From Eledone cirrhosa (lineage: Eukaryota), in NCBI GenBank assembly GCA_964016885.1, contig OZ024744.1, positions 89,776,001 to 89,840,000 on the forward strand: a stretch of DNA of 64,000 bases. Direction: 5' to 3'. The notes beneath the pieces were generated by a model. It was not told where the DNA came from. It did no database searches and saw only the letters and a list, made by a program, of their open reading frames with translations. A program made the translations under genes and the position numbers. Shown here in pieces: positions 49,388 to 62,927 of this stretch. Position 1 is the first letter of the stretch. Each line of letters begins with the position of its first letter.

Positions 49388-50588
49388 CAACCAGAATGGA
49401 TTTAGGAGAGGTAGATCAACACTTAGCCAGATTCTCTGCCTTCGCCGACTTATAGAGGAGTCCCACAACCGAAATCTAGACCTTGCACTCATCTTTGTTG
49501 ATTTTTCAAAAGCCTTCGACTCAGTTGACAGGTCGGGGATGTTTGAAATTCTACAACTCTATGGGATTCCTGATAAAATCATCGCGGCCATACGTGTAAT
49601 GTATACAGATACCAAATCAACTGTCCTGACCCCAGATGGGGAAACACCACCTTTCTCAATCCTCGCTGGAATTTTACAGGGCGATACCCTTGCTCCGTAT
49701 CTATTTATCATTGTTGTGGATTATGTTTTGCGCATGTCTGTGGATAGGATTCAGGATAGGGGATACCAACTACATCCTAGGAGAAGCTCACGCTACCCAG
49801 CAAAATACTTGACCGACACTGACTTTGGTGACGACATCGCATTGATCAGTCGGTCACTGGAAAATGCTGAGAGTCTTTTGAAGTCATTAAAGCAAGCGTC
49901 CAACTGTGTTGGACTGTACCTCAACGAATCCAAGACTGAGTATGTGAACAGATGCGCAAACAGCCCAAACTACCCCATCAGAACCCTTAATGGTACCACC
50001 CTTAAGCAGATGGAAGATTACAAGTATCTTGGCTCATATATCTCCTCCTCCAAAAAAGATTTTCTAACCAGGAAGGGTATGGCATGGTCAGCGTGCAATG
50101 ACATGCACGCCATATGGACATCTCAACTTACCAACAAGCTAAAACTGGAAATATTCCAAGCAACCATTAAGCCCATATTACTTTATGGATCCGAAACTTG
50201 GACACTAACATCACAACTTGAGAGGAGATTGGATGGCACATATACCCGCCTCTTAATGAGAGTGCAAAACCTATCCTGGAAACGACATCCCACCTTGTCT
50301 AAAATCTATGGCAAACTCCCTCGAGCCTCTGCCCTTCTAAAATCCCGGAGAGCTCAATTTTCTGGCCACTGTCACCGTGCCAGCAATGAAATCATATCCG
50401 CTCTCTTGCTCTGGAACCCTGACTCCAGCCTGACTAAGAGTAGGAAGCTGTCATTCCCTGACTTTATCTCTAGGGATACGGGAATCAGTAGACAGGACCT
50501 GGGGGCAGCGATGGGGGAAGGAGAATTCTGGGGCATGAGAGTGAGATCCATCATCTCGACAGTAGTCGACGAATGATGATGATGATGA

Positions 50589-50592
<4 letters not shown>
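49388..50592 (+). mobile_element. RTE-X-like LINE, 5'-truncated, RT frame open to stop at 50576, (GAT)n tail
   Basis: QNGFRRGRST, FVDFSKAFDSV, GILQGDTLAPYLF, DTDFGDDIAL (ADD changed to GDD), YKYLGS, LLYGSETW, LLLWNP. Confidence 0.9.
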
Positions 50593-50639
<47 letters not shown>

Positions 50640-50641
<2 letters not shown>

Positions 50642-51040
50642 AAGATGAGGTGTTTTTTTATGAAAAAAAAACGATATGTCCTACACGAGTAAAAGTATAA
50701 GGAAAAGAAATCGAAAATGCAACTGGAGTCTTTTTAAGAATATTTATTTGTTTCCTTTACCGGTTTCACAGTTCTTATGTTTTCAAAAATAGAATTGAGA
50801 TGTAGGGTTTGTGATTTTTCTCACATTGTTTTTCTCTCAGATGCGAGAAAAACCACAAACCCTCCATCTCAATTCTAGTTTTGAAAAGCTTAAGAACTGT
50901 GAAACCGGTAAAGGAAACAAATAAATATTATTAAAAAGACTCCAGTTGCATTTTCGATTTCATCTTTTTTTCCTTATACTTTCGCTCGTGTAGGACATCT
51001 CGTTTTTTTTCATTTAAAAAAAAAACCTCATTTTGTTATA
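50640..51040. mobile_element. Family C fold-back element with two degenerate U3:A8 hammerheads
   Basis: Arms at about 50645-50826 and 50841-51032 are reverse complements. TTGAAAA..GAAACCGGTAAAGG at 50881-50914 and on minus at 50754-50790. Confidence 0.78.
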
Positions 51041-51041
51041 C

Positions 51042-51120
<79 letters not shown>

Positions 51121-51831
51121 CATGCTAAACATTTAATGTAAATTAAATGCACTGAATATATAAATAATAGTCAAACTATTTATTTATTTATCTTAATTAT
51201 AAATTAATCAAACATACAGAAAAGGAAAGGAAATACCATAAATAAGACAAAATGGCAAAATAATTGTATAGAAACAATAATTTAATGATCTGAAAAAAAA
51301 ACAAAAAAAACATTGAAGGTAACCCTGCCAGACACGCTGAGAGCCCACCTGCTAAGTTAGGTTAGCGAACTTTGTGTGTCTACCCACCTGTTGCACATTT
51401 TGTACCGTCTTTAAGGTATCTATAAACATATGAGGAGATGTCGGGGCTGAAATAAAGAGGACCATGCCCGGCTGCTCTCGACAATCTCATTTCTGTACAG
51501 ACCAGCACATTCTCAATTCCATTTACCCTGAGCAGTTTATTTAGAAATTTAATGACTTCCAAAGGTGGGTTTCTTAATCTTGTGTGTGTGCTTTTTATTT
51601 TAAGCTCCCTTGGTGTGTTTTATACGTCTTTTCTTGGGAGTTATTTTTTTTTATACTTGGAGGTATGGATCTTCTTTCTTTAACAATCTGATTGTTATTT
51701 GACATACAAGGCAACAGTCATCTCCAGCGCCCTCTTAAATAATCTAGATGTAATACCTAGGCGACTTCTTACTACTAAGTTAACAATGGCTCCAAGAAAA
51801 AAAACCCAACAGATGCCTTATCTATAAAGCG

Positions 51832-52000
51832 CAGGGCTGGCTGTTTGGTTAAGCAGTTAGTTTAGCAGCCTCGTGGTTCTGGTTTCAGTCCCATTGCGCG
51901 GCCTGTTTGAGAAGTGTTTTCTATATATAGCCTTGAAGTAATCAATGCCTTGGTGGAATTTAGTTGACGGAAACCGCAGAAGACCGTCGTGTATGTGTAT
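51832..52000 (+). mobile_element. tRNA-derived SINE (second family) with (TA)/(TG) tail
   Basis: TGGCTGTTTGGTTAAG..GGTTTCAGTCCC..GACGGAAACCGCAGAAGACCGTCG. Confidence 0.65.
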
Positions 52001-52004
52001 GTAC

Positions 52005-52080
<76 letters not shown>

Positions 52081-52299
52081 GTGTGTGTGTGTGTGTGTGT
52101 GTGTAATAGTTTTTTCATATATATATATATAAAATCCCTTGGCCAATGACCTCTACCCATCTCCAAAATCACCACCCTTCCTCAACCATCAGAAAACCTA
52201 AATATACCACCGTATTACAATCACATTTGGCTTTCCTGGTGATTTCCTTTGAATGAAACAGTTGTAGTCGTGTAGAAGTCATTTCTATATTAAGTTATA

Positions 52300-52420
52300 T
52301 GAGGATGAAGAACTCAGAGCTGTATAGCAGCCAAGTCAGCTCGAAAATGACACAGCGGAGACTGATGTTAGTTGGACATGCTCACCAAAATTCAGAGTTG
52401 GCCACAAGTGTAACAACCGG
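52300..52420 (+). pseudogene. Decayed RTE-X-like C-terminal relic
   Basis: NSELYS..SSKMTQRRLMLVGHAHQNSELA resembles the RR(L/A)xFxGHCxR block of ORF 49311. Confidence 0.45.
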
Positions 52421-52589
52421 ATTTTCTGCTATGAACTTTATATTTTTATTGCCTTTGATTCGGTTTCTATAACGACACACAGATCCGGAATGACCTTATA
52501 GTGCCGCAGAATCATAAAGATTTTAAGTCCATGCTGACCACTCCCGGCCACATGCAAAGACGTTAGAAATGTCAGGTAGAACACTTGGT

Positions 52590-54432
52590 GGTTTCGATAG
52601 GCAACATACTGAATTCAAATTCCGCCGAGGTCATCTTCACTTTACATCCTTCAAGGGTCGATAAAATAAAGTACCAGTCACGTACTGTGGTCAATGTAAC
52701 CAGCCCCCACTGTTCGCCAAAATATTACTGGCCTTGTGGCTAAATTAGAAATTATTATTAGTAATGTCGTCGGAAAGGCAGTGGATTGACAGAATCGGTA
52801 GAGCGTTAGACAACATGTTTAGCGACATAGAGTTATGGCCCTTTACATTATATTATATTATATTATATTATATTATATTATATTATATTATATTATATTA
52901 TATTATATTATATTATATCATATCAGATTTGGCAGTCGGACTACATGCTTTGCGGCATATAGTTACAGCCCTCTACGTTCTGAGTTCAAATCCCGCCGAG
53001 GTTAACTTTGCTTTTCATCCTTACGTGGTCGCTAAAATAAAGTACCAGTAATGCACTAGGATCGATTTAATCGACTTTCCCCCTCTCCTTCAACTTGTTG
53101 GCATTGTGCCTAAAGTAGAAACAATTATTAATACCGTCGTAATTTGTTGCTGTTGTTACTAAGCATATTTTAAGAAGCACGCAACAAATGTTCTCTTCCG
53201 AACATAAAACCTTCTGTATCCGAAAAGTTTACGCTCGCCTGTGAAGTACATTTGATTATGCTTTTCTCATTTGCGTTTCTTGAAATACCTGCCTTGTTGT
53301 TCTCCTATTTTGGGGTGTGGTTTAGCTGTCTCTACGGCGCCATTATGAATTTAGTCGAACTAAAAGAACATTCAAAGGATTCATACAGTCCGTTTTCTTA
53401 CAGAGGTCCATTAGCTAAAAAAAAAAAAAAAAAAACATCACTTCCTTTATTTTTAAAACAGAAGTGTATATGATATGACACATACATCCAAAAGCTAGAA
53501 AATACTTCCTTAAAACGAAGCAAAACACGTGCATTCAAGCCAACAGCCAATAATAATAATAATAATAGTAATAATAATTGTTTCTACCTTTGGCACAAGG
53601 CCAGCAATTACCCAGTACATTACTGGTACTTTATTTTATCGACCCCGCAAGGATGAAAGGCAAAGTCAACCTCGGCGGGATTTGAACTCAGATCGAAAAG
53701 GGACGTAACTATGCTGGAAAGCATGGCGTCCGACCCTCTACCGATACTGCCAAAATAATAATAATAATAATATATTCGTTTGATGCCACTAACACGACGG
53801 ACGAGGAGAGAATACGGGGAATGCTGTTTACAAACGTGTTATACAAATCATGGGAGAAAGGAAAAATTGTGTACACATTCACGTGTGAGATAGTGTCCGC
53901 CGAGATGATGGGTGGGGGGAAATCAACCTTCTATGACTAATCAAGGGACCCCCACACACTATCATTTCCCGATTATAAGCGCATACTAAGAGTAGACACA
54001 GTGACTCCGACCAGTCACCACTCTCACCTGAATTTCAACGAATTTCCTGGAGAGAAATACATTCCCCCACTAACTTCGCCTTCCCATGTAGAACAATTGC
54101 TTTTATTTGTTGGATTGGAGTATTGGTAGAGCGTCGGACATGCTTTATGGCATATAGTTGCGGCCCTTTATGCTCTGAGTTCAAATCCCCGCTGAAGTTA
54201 GTTTTTTCATTTCATTTTTACGAGGTCAATAAAATAAGTACAAGTAACACAATGGGGTTGATATAATCGACTTTCCCCTACCCTCAAATTGTTGACCTTG
54301 TGCCTAAATCAGAAACCATTAGCTATTAGATTTGCTAGGGTGGTGGATTGGTTGAATCGTTAGAGCGTCGAACAAAAAGCTGTGCTGTATTTGTTCTTGC
54401 TCTTTATGCTCTGAATTCAAATCCTACCGAGG
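52590..54432. mobile_element. Several Meta-like SINEs (52590-52760 +, 52776-53130 + interrupted by (TTATA)n, 53576-53752 -, 54108-54322 +, 54337-54432 +)
   Basis: Family motifs. Confidence 0.75.
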
Positions 54433-55140
54433 ATCAAGCGCAACATACCGAGACCCCAGTAATGATTTATAACATAGGCATAAGGCCATGAAAATGAGAT
54501 ATTAGTAGATTAAATTGACTATAAGGATAGGCAAAAGGCGTGAATTTGAGAAGAAGGAACTTATGAGTCACCTCAATGATTCGCGAAATTGTGACTCAGC
54601 TTTTTGGTTGCATCACCTTCCACCCCTGAACCCACCCTATATTTCTCGTATTTGCTCATCAACTTCAAAACACTACAGCCAGGTAAAGATGACACTACAT
54701 ACTACCTTTCCATAGACAGTAGAACTATTTCTTGTCAGTTGTTGCAATCATTACCCCCTAAAAACTTCTTTTTAGGCTAGTAATGTTACTATCACTCATT
54801 TACACCAGCCCTTGACAAATTCTACATAAAAATGTATCAACACTTGTGTGATGACATCTCTATGTTTAAGTAATTCTGCTCTTATTTTGTCTACCTTTGC
54901 TGCCGTGTTGTTTCTCAGGCAACGAATGGGTTTGGTGAATTCTTCCGTTGAGATATTCTCATCTGTCATCTGTATGTGGCCTACTAATGGTCTCTTCTAG
55001 TCAACGTCAAATGAGATCACTGAAGGAAGACATTGTAGATATGGGCATGGCTTGGAAGAAGGTACTTGAAAGAGCTTGAAACCGAACCGAAAGGAAACCT
55101 CTCGTCCCTCAATGGGCTATAGGGAACACAAGTAAAAAAA

Positions 55141-55176
<36 letters not shown>

Positions 55177-55184
<8 letters not shown>

Positions 55185-55586
55185 AGATCAAAAGATGGTT
55201 AAAGGAGTTCCATGTATTTTATTATGCGCATTTCAAAAACAAACATCATCATGCAATAATATTTGTGTTTTCATCAGATAAAACAGGAGAACATGATATG
55301 AAGGCTAAAAAACACTTGTGGATTGTGCAGTTTTAAATCTACATAACTGCACTATCCACAAGTGTTTTTTAGCCTTCATATCATGTTCTCCTGTTTTATC
55401 TGATGAAAACACAAATATTATTGCATGATGATGTTTGTTTTTGAAATGCGCATAATAAAATACATGGAACTCCTTTAACCATCTTTTGATCTTATATTAT
55501 GTATACTCCAGTCCTACAAACTGTAGAGTGCTTCTTATCCGATATCTGCATTGCTTTATTGTACTACAATAAAACTCACCTCCTAC

Positions 55587-55587
<1 letters not shown>
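55177..55587. mobile_element. Family A fold-back element: inverted pLTR arms plus 87-nt tail
   Basis: 55177-55332 and 55345-55500 are reverse complements. Hammerheads at 55216-55284 (-) and 55393-55461 (+). Tail at 55501-55587. Confidence 0.85.
55393..55461 (+). ncRNA. Type I hammerhead ribozyme (family A)
   Basis: GTTTTAT-CTGATGA..GAAA-TGCGCA-TA-ATAAAAT. Confidence 0.8.
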
Positions 55588-55683
<96 letters not shown>

Positions 55684-55699
55684 TAAAATAACAGATTAA

Positions 55700-55750
55700 A
55701 GTTTAAGCAAAGAATCGCTGCTTTCACCCTTAACGGGATCTTCTGAAACT
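55700..55750 (-). ncRNA. Hammerhead-like motif with CAGAAGA core
   Basis: AGTTT-CAGAAGA-TCCC(GTTAA)GGGT-GAAA-GCA(GCGATTCTT)TGC-TT-AAACT. Identical copy at 60188-60238. Confidence 0.55.
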
Positions 55751-55796
55751 AACCTATCGAGCCTCTTTGGATTTTAGTCTTCAAATTTATTATTAT

Positions 55797-55855
<59 letters not shown>

Positions 55856-56096
55856 AAATTTGAAGACTAAAATCCAAAGAGGGCTCGAATTTATTTTACA
55901 TTACTCTGGAGTAACCAAACCAACCTGCGCACTTCGTCGAGTGCTCCAATCTGCATACTGAGGTGTCGGTAAACAACCAACATATACTAAAAAAAAAATA
56001 TATATATATATATATACACATGCATATAGGTATATACATATTTACACATTTTTAGATGGCCGTTGGTTGACTCAATATACTCAAAAATGTGTATAT

Positions 56097-56278
56097 GTCA
56101 GGTCACTCTTGAATGCTATTGGTAACATGTAACCAAGTACAACCTGTCTCATGGTCGGGTCGTCGGCGACTAAACTGGCAACCCCACCAAGTTTACTTGG
56201 TGAGGAGGGTGCTTTTGGACACCCTGTAGGACAAAAAACAAAACCTGACAAAGGGCGAAAGATCTCACATACATACAT
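56097..56278 (+). mobile_element. 5' part of the RTE-derived element family (35592-36808)
   Basis: GTACAACCTGTCTCATGGTCGGGTCG..GCGACTAAACTGGCAACCCCACCAAG matches the reverse complement of 36120-36176. Confidence 0.75.
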
Positions 56279-56463
56279 CCGTCTACCAGGAGTTGCAACC
56301 AGCAATTAGAATCAGTAATAGAACAAAAAACAATGGAATAAATAGTTCGGTTCGATCTGACGATCGGCTCTTTTCGCTCTTTTTTGTGATAATAGTATCA
56401 GTAGAAGAAAGAGGCTGGCTCCTCACGTTTAGAATTCAAATCTCAACTGCTGTGTTTCGATGA

Positions 56464-56496
<33 letters not shown>

Positions 56497-56498
<2 letters not shown>

Positions 56499-57124
56499 TG
56501 GGAGGGTCATGTTGCCAATAAGAGACACACGCACCAGTTTCTTTCACTTCAATTTATTATATATTTATAAATTTACAAATTTATAAATTTATAAATTTCT
56601 GGTTGGTTGGTTCCACAACCAGGTAGTTGTTTATATATAGTCATAGTCCTTTCGTCACACACTCTGTGACCTCTTCATTGACTGGGGATTCCTTTCTTTG
56701 TTTCTGTGCCTTTCCTTTGTTCTGTCCTACGCCATTTTGTTTCTGTGTGTGTGTTGTGTGCTCAGTTTGCGCATGCGCCACATCCGGGTGTCTGTGTGTG
56801 TTTATGTTCATTTATCTATTTGTTTATTTATTTATTTATTTACATGTTATTGGTTGGTTGTTTGTTCTATGTGTGTGTGTGTTTTCATTTTGTCCTTAAT
56901 TGTAAGTTGTGATGTTGCTGTTCCACTCATATTTTCTATTTAATTTTGGTTGTAATTCTTTTATGTTTATTGCCTCTGTAATTTGTCTAAACATTGCATC
57001 TTTTCTGTGTGTAGATTCTATTTTTATTTCAATGTTCTCTAATTTACCCTCCCAAAGTATAACAATATCGGTTTCAACACACGATTTCAGATAAAGAATC
57101 TTGCTAAACAAATTTAGAAACGAA

Positions 57125-57125
<1 letters not shown>
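56497..57125 (-). mobile_element. Third Penelope-like fragment: GIY-YIG C-terminus (56896 to about 57075) plus hammerhead-like motif (56639-56683)
   Basis: AMFRQITEAINIKELQPKLNRKYEWN*. AGTCA-ATGAAGA-GGTCAC..GTGAC-GAAA-GGAC-TA-TGACT. Both termini recur fused at 704-741. Confidence 0.6.
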
Positions 57126-57155
<30 letters not shown>

Positions 57156-57159
57156 TTGG

Positions 57160-57427
57160 TTAAGCAAAGCAAGACCACAAATTTCACAAGGAAGATATTG
57201 TAAGGAATGTAGAGAATAATAATAATAATATTAATAATAATAATGTCCGTTTACAATGGTCATCTGATCCAGAAATATTATATGGAGTAGCGAAACAATT
57301 GTAAACGGACATTATTATTATTAATATTATTATTATTATTCTCTACATTCCTTACATCAAACTAAAATATGTTGACAATCTTTTAATAATATCTTCCTTG
57401 TGAAATTTATGGTCTCGTTTTGCTTAA
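57160..57427. repeat. Nested fold-back element with a hammerhead 3' half
   Basis: Inner arms 57200-57257 and 57298-57356. Outer arms 57160-57199 and 57388-57427. GC-GAAA-CAATTG-TA-AACGG near 57289-57308. Confidence 0.7.
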
Positions 57428-57858
57428 CTAATGAATATTTCCAGCTCTGCGGACCTAACTTCTGCATGAACCCAGCCACCTAGCTGCTTTCTACTACATA
57501 TTGCACATTGAGCACATGCCTTTACGCTTTGGCTTCTAACTAACTCACCAATCTTTCCTCTCATATCTCCTCTCCTATCTCCATCTCTCTCTTTAAGATT
57601 GGTTACTCTTGAACTATCTATATATATATATATATATATATTAGTAAAGGGAAAAGAAAATGCTGACAAATTTTTTCCAGTGAAAAATAGTTTAATTAGG
57701 AATAAGTAAAAATTAGTAATAAGTATTGGTTAGTATTCAGTTTTAGTTTTAAGTTTTTACCGGTTACGCATTTCTAATGCTTTTCAAAAATAATTTTGAG
57801 ATAGAGCGCCCGTGATGTTTGCTCTAATCTCGTGTGTTACACCACTATTCTTTTATAT

Positions 57859-57942
<84 letters not shown>

Positions 57943-57962
57943 ATAGAGGTGTAACACACGAG

Positions 57963-58044
<82 letters not shown>

Positions 58045-58074
58045 TGTATATATACATACATACATACATATGCA

Positions 58075-58150
<76 letters not shown>

Positions 58151-58196
58151 TACATATATATGTACATATACTGTATATATATATGCATGTATGTGT

Positions 58197-58242
<46 letters not shown>

Positions 58243-58355
58243 ACACATACATGCATATATATATATATATGCATGTATGTGCGTATGTATATATATATAT
58301 ATGTGTGTGTGTAAATATATATGTATGTGTGTGTATGTATATATATAGAGAGAGA

Positions 58356-59090
58356 GAGGGTGTCCCCCAAAAAATGCATGTAAACTTCAACAACAACAAA
58401 AATGCATTAACATAAATTCTGTTGTATATGCATTATTCAAATCATGTAAATATATTGTTTCTACTTTAGGCACAAGGCCAGCAATTACCCAGTACATTAC
58501 TGGTACTTTATTTTATCGACCCCGTAAGGATGAAAGGCAAAGTCAACCTCGGCGGGATTTGAACTCAGATCGTAAAGGGACGTAACTATGCTGGAAATAT
58601 ATGGCAGTGAATTGGTAGTATCGGTGGAGCGTCGCACACCATGTTTTGCAAGGAGATTATCAGCAGCAGTAATAGAAGTATTTTTATTAGTAGTCTATTT
58701 GTAATTAATTAATTATAGTTTCATTATTGTTAATGAATAGGATAATGGATGACAGAATCGGTAGAGCATCAGACACCATGCTTCACAGCATAGAGTTACG
58801 GCCCTTTTCAGTCTGAGTTCAAATCCCGCCGAGATTAGCTTTGTTTGTCATCCTTACGGTGGGGCGGGGTCGATAAAATAAAGTACCAGTAATGCACTGG
58901 GATAATTGCTGGCCTTGTGCCAAAAGTAGAAACAATTTATTTAAACTATGTAAAAGTGTTTTGGGTGTTTACATACAACTGAATTATGTCTGTAGATCAT
59001 TTTATTTGGGCAGGAAAGGCTATGCATTATAATAAATATTGCTTGTACAGGTAATCAAAGTGTGTATACATTTTGGGGGCCGCCCCGCAT
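58356..59090. mobile_element. Possible Tc1/mariner remnant containing SINE insertions (58455-58606 -, 58745-58937 +)
   Basis: GGGTGTCCCCCAAAA..TG at left and CATTTTGGGGGCCGCCCC at right form a degenerate inverted pair. Confidence 0.4.
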
Positions 59091-59597
59091 ATAATAGTCA
59101 AGTGCAAGGCAAATTTGATTAAATTGTCTACGACACTATTGTAAAATAATTGTTTCTACTATTGGCACAAGGCCAGCAATTACCCAGTACATTACTGGTA
59201 CTTTATTTTATCGACCCCGTAAGGATGAAAGGCAAAGTTAACCTCGGCGTAACCTTTTACTAGTACTAGATGCTATTATGGTTATTATTACAAACTGTAG
59301 AAACTACCAAGATGAACAATAAGAGTTGTATGTGACAGGAGAGGGGAGAAGGAGAAGAAGAGAGAGAATGAGAGAGAGAGAGAAAGATAGAGAGAAAAAT
59401 AGAGAGAGTGTGTGTGTGTGTGTTTAATAAGGGGTTGAATATTTTCAAAACCACATGTATGTATGTAGTATGTGTGTGTATGTGTGTGTATGTGTGTGTA
59501 TGTGTGTGTAAATATGAATATATATATATGTGTGTATATGCGTGCACGTTCGGTTGTATAAAAATATGCATGTATCGGTATATATATAGAAAGCTAA

Positions 59598-59657
<60 letters not shown>

Positions 59658-59663
<6 letters not shown>

Positions 59664-60045
59664 GTGAGGTTTTTTTTACAAAATGAAAAATAACCGAGGT
59701 GTCCTACACGAGTGGAAATATAAAGAAAAAGGGATGAAATCGAAAATGCAACTGAAGTCTTATTTTTTTTTTTAAATATATATATTTATTTGGTTCCTTT
59801 ACCGGTTTCGCAGTTCTTCTGCTTTTCAAAAGGTGAGTTGAGATGGAGGGTCTGTGGTTTTTCTCACATCTGGTTGTAACATTTAGAGACCAACCAGATG
59901 TGAGAAAAACCACAGACCCTCCATCTCAACTCACCTTTTGAAAAGCAGAAGAACTGCGAAACCGGTAAAGGAACCAAATAAATATATATATTTAAAAAAA
60001 AAATAAGACTTCAGTTGCATTTTCGATTTCATCCCTTTTTCTTTA
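59658..60045. mobile_element. Family C fold-back element, young, with two U3:A8 hammerheads (59796-59833 -, 59934-59971 +)
   Basis: Arms 59717-59875 and 59892-60045 are reverse complements. One-sided tail at 59658-59716. TA flanks. Confidence 0.85.
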
Positions 60046-60387
60046 TATATATATATATATATATACATATATATATAGTAATAATAATAAAATTGAAGAC
60101 TAAAATCCAAAGAGGGCTCGATAAGGATAAATATATATCAAATATATAAGAACCGTAGAGCAAATATTTATTAAAATAACAGATTAAAGTTTAAGCAAAG
60201 AATCGCTGCTTTCACCCTTAACGGGATCTTCTGAAACTAACAAAGTCAATCTGTAAACGCAGAACTGGATATTTCAAAAAACGTTGCAACCGGAGGTAGA
60301 CAGGAAGACGATACTTTGGTTCGTGGAAACGTTCGCTGGCAAAGAACGGGAAAAAACGAATAATACGTCATTAATAAATATATATAA

Positions 60388-60575
60388 GGGCGGTGAATTG
60401 GCAGTATCGGTAGAGGGTTGGACGCCATGCTTTCTAGCATAGTTACGTCCCTTTACGGTTTGAGTTCAAATCCCGCTGAGGTTTCTTTGCCTTTCATCCT
60501 TACGGGGTCGATAAAATAAAGTACCAGTAATGTACTGGGTAATTGCTGGCCTTGTGCCTAAAGTAGAAACAATTA
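60388..60575 (+). mobile_element. Meta-like SINE, full length
   Basis: GGGCGGTGAATTGGCAGTATCGG..GAGTTCAAATCCC..GGCCTTGTGCCTAAAGTAGAAACAATTA. Confidence 0.85.
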
Positions 60576-60618
<43 letters not shown>

Positions 60619-60967
60619 GTAGTTTAGAAAGCCACAACAATGCAGATGGGAAATCTCGAGGTAGGAAGTGAGTGAGAAATAGGTCACAGCATTGGATATT
60701 TGAGTTCTGCAAGTACTTGTGAATTTGTACATAGCATAACTAGGCTGTAGTACCACCGTGGAAACACCTGTAAGCACGGAATAGATTACCTTTTTTATGA
60801 TGTCTACCTGTTATTATTCATTCTTTATATACACTCCGGAATACAGAAGGATCAGGAACTAAGTTTCTTCAACAATTCTTCCATAACTCGTAGAGTAACC
60901 TCTTACCGTACGTCAACCATATCCAGTGTAGTAATTAACCATTACTACATCTTGGATAATCCTATAC

Positions 60968-61057
<90 letters not shown>

Positions 61058-61170
61058 TATGTATGTATATATATACATATATGTGTGTGTCTAAACTGTA
61101 CATATATGTATACACATACATACAGATATATATATATATATATACATACATACACATACACACACACACA

Positions 61171-61260
<90 letters not shown>

Positions 61261-61550
61261 AACACGCATCTATTTAAATTAAAAAAATATATTCATGAAT
61301 ATGTGTGGGTGCGTGCGTGAGTGTGTGTCTGTATGAGTGAGTATGAGTGAGTGTGTGTGTGTGTGTGTGAGTGAATGTGATCATTGTAAAAATATTTCCC
61401 ATATACTTCCGAACACGTTTATAACAACGTTCAACAGAACAAGCTGACACGTTTAGGTCACGGGCTGACAGTGGTCTTTCATTCACGTGGTCAGGTAGAA
61501 ATATATATATATATATATATAGTTTAGGCAACACGTGCCGCATTCATATA

Positions 61551-61987
<437 letters not shown>

Positions 61988-61996
61988 TATATATGA

Positions 61997-62049
<53 letters not shown>

Positions 62050-62090
62050 CGAAACATAAGTCAATTGCATGAACTCATAACCTTTTATTT

Positions 62091-62146
62091 ACTGCTATAT
62101 ATATTTCGATGATAGCCATTGAATGGCTATGACCTCATCAGGTAGT
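62091..62146 (-). ncRNA. Type I hammerhead ribozyme, relative of 39046-39100
   Basis: ACTAC-CTGATGA-GGTC-ATAGCCAT(TCA)ATGGCTAT-CATC-GAAA-TATATA-TA-GCAGT. Confidence 0.72.
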
Positions 62147-62205
62147 TAGTCAGTTCTTAGATATGCCACCTCTGTGTTTATAGTGTTGATGGTATCAGAG
62201 CCTTG

Positions 62206-62246
<41 letters not shown>

Positions 62247-62251
<5 letters not shown>

Positions 62252-62573
62252 AAGGAATTGTTGTAAGGAACCAGATGGACCATAATGCAACAGAGTACTC
62301 AATACTTAGGCTAGTAGAGTAGGAAATAGGAAAAAGTATGACCCCGACGGCAGAGCTCAAGCCGTTTCGGCGGCTATTTCTAGTCCAGAAATAGCTGTCG
62401 AAACGGCTTGAGCTCTGCCGTCGGGGTCATACTTTATCATATATATATATATATATATATATAGGAATGAGAAGGACCCCAACGGCTGAGCTCCTATTAC
62501 CCTAAGTATTGAGTACTTTGGTACGTTATGGTCCACCTGGTTCCTTACCACATTTCCTTCGTTATATACATAT
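62247..62573. mobile_element. Two further family B fold-back fragments
   Basis: Palindrome centred near 62383. Second piece at 62461-62573. Confidence 0.72.
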
Positions 62574-62843
62574 ATATATATATAGTAATATGAAATACGT
62601 CCCTTCACGAAGGGACGTATTTCATATTACTACTACCTCCACTAACGTTGAGAACAAACCGGGTCATCCCGACTGCTGCTGGCAACAGCGGTGGCTAGTT
62701 TGACCTACCTCCTTTTGCCTCTATCTTTGCTACGGCCCTTGATAAACCTGTTCTACATCATCCACTCTCATCCCAGGAACAGTTTTTGATAGCGCTAGTT
62801 TGTGATTTAAATTCAGGAATTTTATATTCTTTGAATGAAAAGA

Positions 62844-62927
62844 ACCTTCTGACGAGAATCTCTCTTTGCAACGAAGGCCGTATGGTCTCCGTTTTATTTC
62901 TGGGATTCGAAACCGATCGGTAAAGGT
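62844..62927 (+). ncRNA. Type I hammerhead ribozyme (unit 1)
   Basis: ACCTT-CTGACGA-GAATCTC..GGGATTC-GAAA-CCGATCGG-TA-AAGGT. GUA triplet, predicted cut after 62922. Confidence 0.85.

Noticed and set aside
60388-60480. tRNA gene candidates from A/B boxes
   Set aside because: They are SINE heads: no cloverleaf, and followed by the shared SINE body and tail.
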